The position numbers were made by a program, and so were the translations under genes. The notes under the pieces are model-generated. The model saw only the letters and a list, made by a program, of their open reading frames with translations. It had not been told where the DNA came from and did no database searches. Shown in pieces: positions 1 to 13,754 of a DNA stretch of 64,000 nucleotides. Where the stretch lies: contig NC_091284.1 of NCBI RefSeq assembly GCF_032444005.1, forward strand, positions 572,136,001 to 572,200,000, read 5' to 3'. Each line of letters begins with the position of its first letter. Within the stretch, counting starts at the first letter, position 1. This stretch comes from Ranitomeya imitator. Taxonomy: Eukaryota.

Positions 1-283
1 TGAACAGATGCTGCAAGCGTATATAGAGCAGTAAGTGCTCCGTGAGTTGGGGTGCCACTCCAAAGAAAATAGCCACAATGGATACAAAAATTGAAAGGAA
101 CGGATGGCTGTTGTCCATTCCATTCCTGCTCCCATCCTCCCTACGCCGATGTTTTTAAGTGTTGGAATAAAGAAGTTTTTTTAACCGGTCTGTGCCATCC
201 GTTCCTTTCAATTTATAAAAGTCAATATTTCAGTGTTACTAGGGATCAGAAACGTAAGAGCCACCTTCACAGAATGCAGCCTA

Positions 284-1058
284 AAGGTACTGTTACAATA
301 AACGACTTGCCAACGATCACGACTAGCGATACAACCTGGCCGTGATCGTTGGTAAGTCGTTGTGTGGTCGCTGGGGAGCTGTGACACAGACAGCTCTCTC
401 CAGCGACCAACGATCAGGGAAAGACTTCGGCATCGTTGAAACTGTCTTCAACGATGCCGAAGTCCTCGGGTAACCAGGGTAAACATCGGGTTACTAAGCG
501 CAGGGCCACGCTTAGTGACCCGATATTTACCCTGGTTACCATTGTAAAAACAAAAAAACACTACATACTCACATTCTGATGTCTGTCACAACCCCCGCCG
601 TCCGCTTCCCGCACTGACTGTGTCGGCGCCGGCCGTAAAGCAGAGCACAGCGGTGACGTCACCGCTGTGCTCTGCTTTACGGCCGGAGCTGACAGTCAGT
701 GCAGGGAAGCTGACGGCGGGGGACAGACATCGGAATGTGAGTATGTAGTGTTTTTTTGTTTTTACTTTTACAATGGTAACCAGGGTAAATATCGGGTTAC
801 TAAGCGCGGCCCTGCGCTTAGTAACCCGATATTTACCCTGGTTACAAGTGAACACACGCCAATCGAGCGATGACAGCGGGTGATCAGTGACCAAAAAAAG
901 GTCCTGATCATTCCCCAGTGACCAACGATCTCCCAGCAGGGGCCTGATCATTGGTCGCTGTTACACATAACGAGATCGTTAGCGGGATCTTTGCTACGTC
1001 ACAAAGTGTGACGTTGCAACGATATCATTAACTAAATCGTTATGTGTGAAGGTACCTT
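284..1058. mobile_element. MITE with AAGGTACC-type terminal inverted repeats (Harbinger-like), complete copy
   Basis: Ends AAGGTACTGTTACA / TGTGAAGGTACCTT; two internal ~70-bp hairpins GGTAACCAGGGTAAACATCGGGTTACTAAGCGC...GCTTAGTAACCCGATATTTACCCTGGTTACC; related copies at 3266, 32260, 45051, 55116. Confidence 0.85.
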
Positions 1059-1099
1059 TAGTGCTGCTGAATGTGGCTCTTAACAACGCCCTGGGGGGG

Positions 1100-1390
1100 G
1101 GACAAGTTCCCTTTAAGAGCAGACTGGCTTTTCTGTTAACCATTCTTACCTCCAAGGAAACACATCCAGTCATCATTACTTTGCATCAAATGGGTTTTAC
1201 AGGCAAGGACATTGCATCCTTTTAGATTGCCCCTAAATCAACTGTTTTTCGGATCATCACAAACTTCAAAGTTCTTTTCAAAGGTTCATTTGATGCGAAG
1301 AAGGCTTCTGGGCACCCAAGAAAGTCCAGCAAGTGCCAGGACCATCTCCTAAAGAGGATTTCGGTATGCGACTGATTCAACACCAGTCAA
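1100..1390 (+). mobile_element. degenerate Tc1 transposase N-terminal fragment
   Basis: Broken reading resembling SKETxxVIITLHQxGFTGKDIA...PKSTVFRII...KKASGxPRKSSK (Tc1 paired-like HTH). Confidence 0.55.
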
Positions 1391-1699
1391 GAAGGAGAGG
1401 GAAAAGGCACCTTGTGTGGATCAACAAGGCAGGAGAGCTGACATTATTAAAATACTGCTCACCTATGGAAGATGTGCACCTGTGTCACATCACTGGCTAA
1501 ATTGGATGAAAGCTCTGTTAGCGGCTGGTCCACCTGTTAGAGCACTTCAGGGTTCAGATCCAAATAGCAGAAAAAATTGGGTTATCAGGTGGTGCGTGTC
1601 CAATCACGAGGCAAAAATATTTAAAAAAATGTATTGCTCCTTCATCAGGCGAAATGCAAATATACCATATACAATAACTCCAAACCATTATATACATCC

Positions 1700-3230
1700 T
1701 TGGGTATCTGCTGACAAATCAGATTTTAGGACATTCAGGTGATCATGAAGTAATCAATTAACATTGAATATCAATCACATTGGTTGTTATAATGTAGCAT
1801 TAACCATTTCCAACAAATGTACCTGTAAAAGAAAGATACACACGTACAACCCCATATATTGAGCTAAACATTTTGAAAGCGTTAATTCTTTGAAAAGAAT
1901 TTGTTGATCCATAAAAGCTAACACAAGTTATGAGAAAAAAACCCCAAACAACTTTCTCCCAAAGCGCACAAGAATCCCCATCCCCATACATTCATTCAAT
2001 CCTTCAAGCTTGAGCATGGAAAGTTTGTAAATCCAGTAGGATTCCCTTCTGATCAGCCTTTGTAGACAGTTCTGCACATTTTCTGGAATCTGTTCAATGA
2101 TGGTTAGTTTCAAATAGCTGGGATCCCTATTGTGTTCCATTGAAAAATGCCTGGAGAGACTATGTTGAACAGCGGTTCTGATGTGGTGTTTATGTCCATT
2201 CATTCTAGAACAATGATTGTGCAGAGAAGAAAAGGTGAGCACTCCTATAAGTCCTGTGTTCCAACAGTAAAGCATCCTGAGACCATTCATTTGTTGGCTT
2301 TCCTTTCATCCAAGGGCATAGGCTTACTCACAAGTTTGCCTAAAACACAACCATTAACAAATAACTTTTTCTAAATATCCTCCAAGAGCAACTTTTCCAA
2401 GCTAAGCAAACCTTTTTCCGGCATGATGGAGCTATGTCCCAAAGCAAGTGATAACTACGTAGCTCTGTGAACAAAACATTGAAAGTTTGGAGCCTTTGCC
2501 AGGGATCTCCATGCCATTTTGAACCTGTGGTAATTACTTAAAAAAGTGGGTGGACAAACCGACAAATTGTAATAAACTCCAAGCTCTGATTACACAAGTA
2601 TGGGTTGTCATGAGTCAGGATTTGGTCTAGAAGCTGGGTCAGCACTGTAAATAATGACTCTTTCCATAAACTTGACATAATTGTCAAAAGTTTAAAAACT
2701 TACGAAATGCTTATAATTGTGCTTCAGGTTCACATCTGACTAAAAGATTTAAAATTCTGAAGCGGCAAACTTTTGGTGAAAGCCAAAATGTCAGTCTTTT
2801 TTATATCAGAGGTAAAACATCTGACATTTACCTGCTTGATGCCTAATATATATATGCCGTATCCGCAGTATATGCCAAAGATGTATGATTGGTGTGGAAA
2901 TAAATCGCATCTTGGTTTTGCAGAACATAGAAATAGAAATGATGTTTATTGTGACAACATTTTACATGTCTGGAAGGTCTCATTTGACAACATTGTCACT
3001 TTGGAACTTGAAGCCCTTTGTTGGTGTTGATTAGAAAGGAGCTTGGCAAATAGGCCAAGGATATCATTTATCCAACGTTAAATCTTGCTAAGACCCACAG
3101 CTGTTGTGTAAAATAGTGCTGTTGTTCCTGGTGTAAATCCTGATAAATGGCATTTGGCATCCCCGTCTTCTGTCGGAAAAGAGCAGGAGGAGCTGAGCAA
3201 ATTGATTTATAGCTTTGTGGGAAAAGATTC
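1700..3230 (-). mobile_element. degenerate Penelope-like retroelement (GIY-YIG endonuclease end)
   Basis: ORF 1928-2290(-) carries RMNGHK...RHFSMEH...LKLTIIEQ...LIRRESYWIYKL...GLNE, the C-terminal half of a PLE GIY-YIG domain; upstream frames broken; boundaries approximate. Confidence 0.6.
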
Positions 3231-3265
3231 AGTATGAGTTGCGTTTTTTTTTTTTTCCTACTTTA

Positions 3266-3921
3266 AAGGTACCGTCACACTGAACAATATCGCTAGCGAT
3301 CCGTGACGTTGCAGCGTCCTGGCTAGCGATATCGTTCAGTTTGACAGGCAGCAGCGATCTGGATCCTGCTGTGCCATCGTTGGTCGGCGCAGAAAGTCCA
3401 GAACTTTATTTTGTCGCTGGATCTCCCACAGATATCGCTGAATCGGCGTGTGTGACGCCGATTCAGCGATGTCTTCACTGGTAACCAGGGTAAACATCGG
3501 GTTACTAAGCGCAGGGCCGCGCTTAGTAACCCGATATTTACCCTGGTTACCAGTGTAAATGTAAAAAAAAACAAACACTACATACTTACATTCTGGTGTC
3601 TGTCCTCTCCGGCGCTCTGCTTCTCTGCACTGTGTAAGCACAGCGGCCGGAAAGCACAGCGGTGACGTCACCGCTGTGCTCTGCTTTCCGGCCGGCGCTT
3701 AATGCAGGAAGCAGAGCGCCGGAGAGGACAGATGCCGGAATGTAAGTATGTAGTGGTTTTTTTTTTTTACGTTTACGCTGGTAACCAGGGTAAACATCGG
3801 GTTACTAAGCGCAGCCCTGTGCTTAGTAACCCGATGTTTACCCTGGTTACCAGAGGACTTCGGCATCGTTGGTCGCTGGAGAGCTGTCTGTGTGACAGCT
3901 CTCCAGCGACCACACAGCGAC
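3266..3921. mobile_element. AAGGTACC-type MITE, right end truncated
   Basis: Left TIR AAGGTACCGTCACAC; same internal hairpins; close match to 55116-55809. Confidence 0.8.
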
Positions 3922-4984
3922 GCTTTTGTGTAAATAGCTTTTGTGTAAAGGCGCCAAACCATAAAAAAGTGCCATCGCTGTAATCATACTGACCTGAAGA
4001 ATAAAACTGTCTTATCAATTTTACCACACACGCAACAGCATTGGGAAAAAAAAACAAAAAAAGAAACAATTCTTGAATTGCTGGTCTTTGTTCATTCAAC
4101 CTCTCAAAAATCGGAATAGACAGGGATTAAAAAAAAAAAAATTGCGCCTTTAAAATGGTACCAATAAAAACCTCAACACGTCCCACAAAAAACACACCCT
4201 CACATGACTGACGAAATATGGAAACATTATGGCTACATATAGAATGGAAAAACTAGTTTTTGCAAAAAATAAAAAGCATGTTTTAGTGTGTTTCGGAATT
4301 CAAAATCAATTTTTCACCTGCTGCTGATTTGTTCATTCTGCCTACCAACCAAGTTTCGTCCCATATTTATCCTGCAATCTACATTAAGCGCTTACATCGG
4401 GGTTTCCATGTAAGTCTCTGAAGTATGTGATTCAAATGGAAGTCCTGCGGAAGACTTCCTATAACAGTGATGGTGAACGTTTTAGAGACAGAGTGCCCAA
4501 ACTTCAATCCAAAACTCACTTATTTATGGCAGTGTGTCAACACTGCAATTTAACTTGAGGTTTTAATTTAGAAAAATAAGTCCTACATTAGCGCGCTATA
4601 GAGTCTATAATGGCAAAGCACTTGTAAGCACTGCTCTTCACGCCTAAGATACTAGCCACCGATTCCTGTAGAGGTCTTTTCTTGAGAATGGAGAATAGTT
4701 TTAATCAAAAGTAAAATTGCAAAGTTGTTTGTTTTTATAACCTCGTTCCAATTGTAACCTTTTATCATGATCAGAATAATCCTTTTAAGTCAGGGATGGC
4801 AAATGCAAATGCACAGAGGGCCAAAATTAAAAGCTTGGACAAAGTCGCGTGCCAAACTTGCTAATTGATGAGGAAAAAACTTCATTTTATTTGATTAAAA
4901 AAAAGGTCTACTATTGATCAACTTTTGGAATAATATTGGAATAATGTTATGTAATAGCAGTAAAAAAAATATGGTCTCATTTAA

Positions 4985-6242
4985 CCCCTTCATGACCTTG
5001 GGATTTTTCATTTTTCCGTGTTCGTTTTTCACTCCCCTCCTTCCCAGAGCAATAACTTTTTTTATTTTTCCGTCAATTTAGCCATGTGAGGGCTTATTTT
5101 TTGCGGGACGAGTTGTACTTTTGAACGACATCATTGGTTTTAGCATGTCTTGTACTAGAAAACGGGAAAAAAATTCCAAGTGCATTGAAATTGCAAAAAA
5201 AAGTGCAGTCCCACACTTGTTTTTTGTTTGGCTTTTTTGCTAGATTCACTAAATGCTAAAACTGACCTGAAATTATGTTCTCCAGGTCAGTACGAGTTCA
5301 TAGACACCTAACATGACTAGGTTATTTTTTACCTAAGTGGTGAAAAAAAAATCCAAACTTTGCTAAAAAAAGAAAAAAAAAATTGTGCCATTTTCCGATA
5401 CTCGTGGCGTCTCCATTTTTTGTGATCTGGGGTCGGGTGAGGGCTTATTTTTTGCGTGCCGAGATGTCGTTTTTAATGATAGCATTTTGGTGCAGATACG
5501 TTCCTTTGATCGCCCGTTATTGCATTTTAATGCAATGTCGCGGCGACCAAAAAAACTTAATTCTGGCGTTTCGAATTTTTTTTCTCGCTACGCCATTTAG
5601 CGATCAGGTTAAAGCTTTTTATAATTGATCGGGCGATTCTGAACGTGGCGATACCAAATGTGTAGATTTGATTTATTTTTTTTTAATTGATTTATTTTGA
5701 TTGGGGCGAAAGTGGGGTGATTTAAACTTTTTATATTTTTTTTTTTTTTTTTTTTCACTTTTTTTTTAACTTTTTTTTTTTTTACTTTTGCCATGCTTCA
5801 ATAGCCTCCATGGGAGGCTAGAAGCAGGCACAACTCGATCACCTCTGCTACATAGCAGCGATCTGCTGTTCGCTGCTGTGTAGCAGAAAATCAGGTGTGC
5901 TGTGAGCGCCGACCACAGGGTGGCGCTCACAGCTACCGGCGATCAGTAACAAGGTACAAGCATCGCCGACCTCCGATCATGTGACGGGGGTCGGCGATGC
6001 CTCATTTCCGGCCGCCCGGCCTGATGCGGTAGTTAAATGCCGCTGTCAGCGATTGACAGCGGCATTTAACTAGTTAATAGGTGCGGGCAGATCGCGATTC
6101 TGCCCGCGCCTATTACGGGCACATGTCAGCTGTTCAAAACAGCTGACATATCCCGGCTTTGATGCGGGCTCACCGCCGGAGCCCGCATCAAAGCGGGGCT
6201 TCTGACCTCGGATGTACTATCCCGTCCGAGGTCAGAAAGGGG
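4985..6242. mobile_element. non-autonomous piggyBac-like DNA element
   Basis: TTAA|CCCCTTC...GAAAGGGG|TTAA ends with TTAA duplication; internal sequence shared with 39400-42426 and 52560-53745; no coding capacity. Confidence 0.8.
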
Positions 6243-7489
6243 TTAAATATATAATAACAAAGAATAAAAAAAAACCTTGAATAAAACAGTTAAGGGATGC
6301 AAACAAGTGCCCCCAAACACAGAAGGATACCCCCACAATGAATTCCTCCACATGCACAGTATGATGACCCTACTGTACACCCTTCCCTCAATCCTCTCAA
6401 CCAAGAATGGTGAGCCCATCACCACCGTATGATTCTCCAACTGTAATCCCAACACAGCCCTCCATACAGTATAATGGGCACAAAAAGTCCTCCAAACAGT
6501 GTTATGGGCCCCACAGAGTGCTCTATACAGTGTAATGGGCCCCACATAAAAAAAAAAAAAGAAAAAGTAAATAACTACTCATTTGCCAGTTCCCCCGCTG
6601 CTCTGCATTCTTCATATATTACAGTCCTACCTGTGGGCAAGTGCACCATCTCCTCATCATTAGTGTCGCCACCCTCGGCACGCGAACAGCTTGATGGGAC
6701 AGTGTGTGCAGAGGAGATGGTGCACATGCCCACTAGGAGGGCTCTGCGCGCCTGCTCTGGCTCACTTGCCATAGGTTGCCACCACTATCCTATAATGACG
6801 GAGAATGGAGGCATTATGGACTGGCCTACGATCCTGCAGTGTCGGTCTCTTTAGATGTGCATAAAAGTGCCGTCGGCCACAGTTTTGAGCACCTCTGGGG
6901 GGGAAAAAAGGACACTGCTGAACAGAGGCCAGACTGATTCCAGACTAACTCTGCTGCCTCGTTATAGTGAATGGATCCCTCGGGGGTTTCATCTTCATCA
7001 TGTCATTCAGCGATTTAGATGGAACCTCAAGGTAAGTGCTAAACATAGAGCGCTGGGTAAATGTGATCCAAATGCCATGTAAAATGGCCCCAGTAAAAGA
7101 GTAAACTCAATCCACAAAAAAATCAACTCCCCACTCAGGTCCTTCATCTGTTAACAGACATATAGGGAGCTTCCGTGCACTATGGCTCCTTGCCCTCCCT
7201 TCCCCTAAAGAAATCCAGGGAATTCTGCACTCCCATATCCAAGTTCTCCCCCCTCACTTTCTGAGCCCCACAGAGTCTAAACCACATTTAGCCTCCACCT
7301 GTTTGGTTTTTCTGTAGCGATGAGGGCCCTCTTAATTTACGGGCGCAAGTCTCCAGAAGCACGAGTTGGGCACTACAATTGCAGATTTGCAAATATCATC
7401 ACTATACTTGTAGATATAATTCCTAAAGGAGTATAATTTCCAAAATGGAGGTCACTTGAGCAGGGAATATTCTGCACTTCTAGCACTTA

Positions 7490-8406
7490 GGCTATGTTCA
7501 CACGTTCCTGATTTCCCTCCTTTTTTTTCAGGACTAAAAACCGCAGCTCTTGGCAGAAAACGCAGGTCCGTTTTTTTGTGTGTTTTTTGGTGCGTTTTTT
7601 GATGCGTTTTTTGATGCAGTTTTCTATGCAGAGTCTGTGTGTTTTCTAGGAAGTTTTTTAGGGTTAAAATGGCTGAAAATACCCTAACCTTAACCCTAAC
7701 CCTACCCCTAACCCTAACCCTATTCTAACCTTAGTGGAAAAAAAAAAAATTCTTAATTTTTTTATTGTCCCTACCTATGGGGATGACAAAGGGGGGGGGG
7801 GGGGGGTCATTTACTATTTTTTTTATTTTGATCACTGAGATAGGTTATATCTTAGTGATCAAAATGCACTTTGGAACGAATCTGCCGGCCGGCAGATTCG
7901 GCGGGCGCACTGCGCATGCGCCCGCCATTTAGCAAGATGGCGGCGCCCAGGGAGAAGACGGCCGGACGGACACCGGGAGGCCGGGTGTGTATAAGGGGGG
8001 AGATGAGGGCACGGGGGGGGGCGGAGCACGGGGGGTGGCATCGGAGCATGGGGGGGTGGGATTGGGGCACGGGGGGCAGCCACACTGCAGCGGTTCTGCA
8101 CCACAAACCGCAGTAAAACCCGCAGATATATTTTTCATCTGCGGGTTTTAATGCGGGTTTGACCTCACAATGGAGGTCTATGGGTGCAGAACCGCTGCAG
8201 TTTTGCAAAAATAAGTGACATGGTACTTCTTTTTTACCGCGGCTATTCAGCGCGGCTTTTTTCGCGATTTTCGGCAATGTGGGCACAGCAGTTCCTGTTT
8301 TCCATAGGGTACATTGTAATGTACCCTGCATGGAAAACAGCTGTGGACCCACAGCAGGAAAATCGCGGCGATTCCGCATGAAAAAAAGGATGGTGTGAAC
8401 ATGGCC
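7490..8406. mobile_element. composite Harbinger-type MITE carrying (CCCTAA)n-like repeats
   Basis: TTA|GGCTATGTTCACAC...GTGTGAACATGGCC|TTA; reverse-complement copy at 27742-28624; telomere-like repeats at 7682-7731. Confidence 0.85.
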
Positions 8407-8720
8407 TTAGGGGCTTTGTATATGGAGTCTGCAAACTATTGTTGGAAAATCTGGGGATAAAACATTTTTTTTTGTGATCAATGCACCCTTAGATGAATTC
8501 ATTGAGTAGTGTGGTTTGTAAAATGGGGTCACTTATGGGGGTGTTCTGGCATCTTAGGGGGCCTTCCAGTGGGTCATGGCACCCGCGAACCAGAACGGTA
8601 AAATCTCCATTCTAATATGGCGCACCTTCCCTTCTGAGCTTTTCACTGTGCCTGAAAAGTCATTTCTGATTACATATAGGGTATTGGTACGCTCAGGATA
8701 AATTGCACAACAAACACGGA

Positions 8721-8751
<31 letters not shown>

Positions 8752-9026
8752 CTGAGTAAGCCTAATAAATAAATTTTGGGGCTAAAACATCATTTTAGTG
8801 GTAAATATGTAATTATTCATTCTTCACCACCCAATTATATACATTTCTATAAGGCACATGTAATGTCAACATGCTCACTTCACCCCTAGATAAATTCATT
8901 GAGTGGTGTAGTTTTGTAAAATGACATCACTTATGGGGGGGTTTCCTTCTGTTCTGGCACCTCAGAGGCTCTGCCAATGTGACATGGCACCCTCAAACCA
9001 TTCCAGCAAAATTTGAACTTCAGTAT

Positions 9027-9307
9027 GGCGCTCACGGTGGCTCAGTGGTTAGCACTGCAGCCTTGCAGTGCTGGAGTCTTGGGTTCAAATCCCACCAAGG
9101 ACAACATCTGCAAAGAGATTACATGTTCTCCCCCGTGTTTGCGTGGGTTTCCTCTGGGTTCTCAGGTTTCCTCCCACATTCCAAAGACCTACTGATAGGG
9201 AATTTAGATTGTGAGCCCCATTGGGGACAGTGATGATAATGTGTGTAAAGCACTGCGTAATATGTTAGCGCTATATAAAAATAAAGATTATTACAAAGAT
9301 TATTATT
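9027..9307 (+). mobile_element. tRNA-derived SINE with V-type core and LINE-like 3' tail
   Basis: Pol III A box TGGCTCAGTGG (9038-9048), B box GGTTCAAATCC (9082-9092), core GTGTTTGCGTGGGTTTCCTCTGGGTTCTCAGGTTTCCTCCCAC, tail ...GCGCTATATAAAAATAAAG(ATT)n also seen alone at 44781-44849. Confidence 0.8.
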
Positions 9308-10129
9308 CTACCCTTCTTCTGTTATACAGTCATGGCCAAAAGTATTGACACCCCTTCAATTCTGTCAGATAATACTAATTTTCTTCCTGAAAATGATTGC
9401 AAACACAAATTATTTGGTATTATTATCTTCATTTAATTTGTCTTAAATGAAAAAAATAAAAAAAGAATTGTCCTAAAGCCAAATTGGATATAATTCCACA
9501 CCAAACATAAAAAAAGGGGGTGGACAAAAGTATTGGCACTGTTCGAAAAATCATGTGATTCTTCTCTAATTTGTGTAATTAACAGCACCTGTAACTTACC
9601 TGTGGCACCTAACAGGTGTTGGCAATAACTAGATCACACTTGCAGCCAGTTGACATGGATTAAAGTTGACTCAACCTCTGTCCTGTGTCCTTGTGTGTAC
9701 CACATTGAGCATGGAGAAAAGAAAGACCAAAGAACTGTTTGAGGACTTGAGAAACCAAATTGTGATGAAGCATGAGCAATCTCAAGGCTACAAGTCCATC
9801 TCCATAGACCTGAATGTTCCTGTGTCTAAACTTCTTGATGACACTGCGCACGGTAAAGCCCATGCACTGTGGCTAACCTCCCTAGATGTGGACGGAAAAG
9901 AAAAATTGACAAGAGATTTCAATGTAAGATTGTGCGGATGTTGGATAAAGAACCTCGACTAACATCCAAACAAGTTCAAGCTGCCCTGCATTCCGAGGGT
10001 ACAACAGTGTCAACCCGTACTATCCATCGGTGTCTGAATGAAAAGACTGTATGGTAGGAGACCCAGGAAGACCCCACTTCTTACCCCGAGACAAAAAAGC
10101 CAGGCTGGAGTTTGCCAAAGCTTACCTAA

Positions 10130-11032
<903 letters not shown>

Positions 11033-11099
11033 GCGGCATATACTTTTTTTAGTCATGGAGTGGATCGCACTGGTGTTTATAGCCTGTGGGACCGTAGAG

Positions 11100-11261
11100 C
11101 AGAGGTCCCCAACTCCAGTCCTCAAGGCCCACCAACAGGTCATGTTTTCAGGATTTCCTTTGCATTGCACAGGTGATGCAATTATTACCTGGGCAAAACT
11201 AAGGAAATCCTGAAAACATGACATGTTGGTGGGCCTTGAGGACTGGAGTTGGGGACCTCTG
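11100..11261. mobile_element. hAT-type palindromic MITE
   Basis: CAGAGGTCCCCAACTCCAGTCC...GGACTGGAGTTGGGGACCTCTG with 8-bp TSD CCGTAGAG on both sides. Confidence 0.9.
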
Positions 11262-11625
11262 CCGTAGAGCACTATCCTGGATTGTGTTTGTGTTGACATG
11301 TTAAGCCTGAGGACATGCAGCAGCGGTGTAGACTGTAGTACCATGTGAGGATTTGAATTGGTCAAACGCGATTGTATAGCTATTATACGTGTCGATTCCA
11401 TAATTACAGCATGACTGCATAAGGTCTGTTACATATGTCTTAACATTTTCAAATTTGTACAATGTCTATTATCGATATGATCTTAGCTCCGTGCACAGTG
11501 CTGGAGGTTTTGTTTTTAATGGTTTATGTTTTTAACTAGTTAGTGTACCGGGGGAGGGCGGGTGACGGCACAAGGAGGGGCGCTCGTGTCGGGCGCTACT
11601 TCAGGCGTCACATCCGTCCTCCCAT

Positions 11626-11670
11626 CGAACCCGTTGAAGCGCCAGGAGGGCGCAAAACGGCCGTCGTTCG
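11626..11670 (+). ncRNA. degenerate minimal hammerhead ribozyme (Penelope pLTR)
   Basis: Stem I CGAAC/GTTCG, core CCGTTGA (for CUGANGA), stem II GCGCC/GGCGC, AAAAC (for GAAAC), palindromic ACGGCCGT, GTC triplet. Confidence 0.65.
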
Positions 11671-13754
11671 GCTGCCACTTTCTTTGTACACACCCCCGTG
11701 CCGTGAAGTTTTGCAATAAAGTACCTGTTTTAGAAGACCGGTGAGTGCTGCCAAAGTTTCTTCTTTATTTTTGCATCGCTGATGGTCGTTGTTCTGGCTA
11801 CAGCACCTAAGGTCTGCTGGCCGGCTGAAGTCTGTGAGTTTCATGTTTTTCCGGTCTGAGTAGCGGTGGTGCGGTCAGCTGTTCTCTTCCCTGCACGTAA
11901 ATGAAGATAATGCCAAATAATTTGTGTTTGCAATCATTTTCAGGAAGAAAATGAGTATTATCTGACAGAATTGCAGGGGTGTCAATACTTTTGGCCATGA
12001 CTGTATTGGTCACTCAGTCACTTCAAATGTAATGTGGTCCCCCAAAAAATTGTTATGTAAATTTTGTTGGAAAAATAAGAAATCTCTGCTCAACTTTTAA
12101 CCCTTGTAACTTCCTAGCAAAAGCAAAATAGTTTAAGAGAAAAAAAAAAAAAGTTTGATGTAAGGTAGACGAGGGAAATAACGGTTATGTGACATAATTT
12201 TTATGCCTTTAAATCAGTTAAGTTTCAAAATTGCAAAGCATTCCAAATGTTTGTCAAATTTCCAATATTTTCACAAATAACTGCAAGTCGTATCGAACAA
12301 ATTTTACTACTTTCATGAAGTAAAATATGTCACAAAACCGTCTCAGAATTGGTGGAATCTGTTGAAGCGCTCCAGGGCTATAACCTCATAAAGTGACAGT
12401 GGTCAGAATTGAAAAATTTGGCTTTGGATGGGAAGGTGAAAACAGGCTTTGGGGTGAAGGTTTTAATTCAGAGGTGAGGAAATGGTGATTTCAACCATAA
12501 TGGACATTCATCTGTTAAAGTTGACAAAAAAATGATTGTTACAGATGAGACGGCCGTGGTTTGAGTTTTGTTTCAGACAATCTTTCTTGAACTGCTTTGC
12601 AACCACTGACTTATATGTATTTGCTGTGCATTTATGATGAGTGTTTCTCTGGCGATGGGGTCCCCCACAATGTCGCTAGTGCCCATATCAAGCTTTTCAA
12701 GACAGGACCTGGAGACCCCATCAGGACTTCAATCAATCATGGCGTTCTCAGAATCCTAGTGCTGCTTCTTGTCTGGGCTTGTGTGAGTGAGCGATCAGAA
12801 GACAGTGTGCAGGCGGTGTCCGCTATATATTATAACTTGCGTTTCACTGCTAAGGCCTTGATCTTTGTAGTATAGCTGTTTGTCCCGAACAAACAGCAAT
12901 CCCTGCATGCGTGAGACATTCCCTGCCATGAGACATTCAGCCGCGGGGTCTTAACTATATTTTTTGAGCACACCAAAGACACCGTTGGCATCCGATCATG
13001 CTCGCATAACACCTTATCCAAGCATGTTTGCTCCACACTATTAAAGGGGGGTGTATCGCTCAGGATTCTCTGGGTGTGTGTGTCTTTAAACTACTCTGCA
13101 TTATGTGAGCAACATCCCTTTGTAAAGACCATGAAAATGCTGTGCAACATAACGAACAGTACTGATTTATATAGTACCACCTACATTTTTGGGTGACTCT
13201 TTTTTTCAAAGTTTTGCATTATACGTGCCCACATTGCGTTGTGCTTTTTCTGCTGAACACATATTTGTAATTCTTGCCGAACATCTTTAAAATTGTTTTT
13301 CTGCATAATTTGTTACACATGATGAATTTCTTGTAAATAAAAACCTTTGGGTTCAGCATGATCTCTGACTACAAATTTATCATAGATGTTGTACTTCCCA
13401 CTTTTATTATGTATCTATAAGTTTAGCCTCGTCCTTTTTTGTCGTCTTCTTCAACCATGGCTTTTAAGACCCGTATGTTTTGCCAACCATTAAATAAACC
13501 CATTCTGAGTATAGTGTCCCTTTCTATGCTTTTGTATTCTGTATGCAATTTAGATCACTCATTAGTGTCATCATTTTACTAAATCATTTTTTTTTTTTTT
13601 AAATCACCACAGTAATGTGACTGATAATATTCACTTTCATTGCCTCTTTCTATCTGGACAGGGAAACATCAAGTGTTATTGGTACAGTGTTATATACTAC
13701 TTTGCTTTGAAAAAATGTGAACTTATTAATTTTACTTCTAATTTTCTTTTGCAG

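Noticed and set aside
586-951. Recurrent ORFs containing GNQGKHRVTKRRAALSNP (also 667, 3323-3983, 32407, 45083, 55063-55795)
   Set aside because: Translations of the palindromic MITE hairpins on both strands; no protein-domain signal.
1590-1660. Hammerhead on the minus strand (CCTGATGAAGGAGC...)
   Set aside because: CUGAUGA is present near a PLE remnant, but no GAAA or stem III can be found; at most a deleted remnant.
9027-9100. Possible tRNA gene
   Set aside because: Has A and B boxes but no clean cloverleaf or T-terminator, and continues into a SINE core and tail.
12450-13520. Complex non-palindromic segment with a weak minus-strand resemblance to Gypsy/Ginger integrase (FVRDKQLYYKD)
   Set aside because: Multiple stops and no catalytic or zinc motifs; cannot be assigned without an HMM search.
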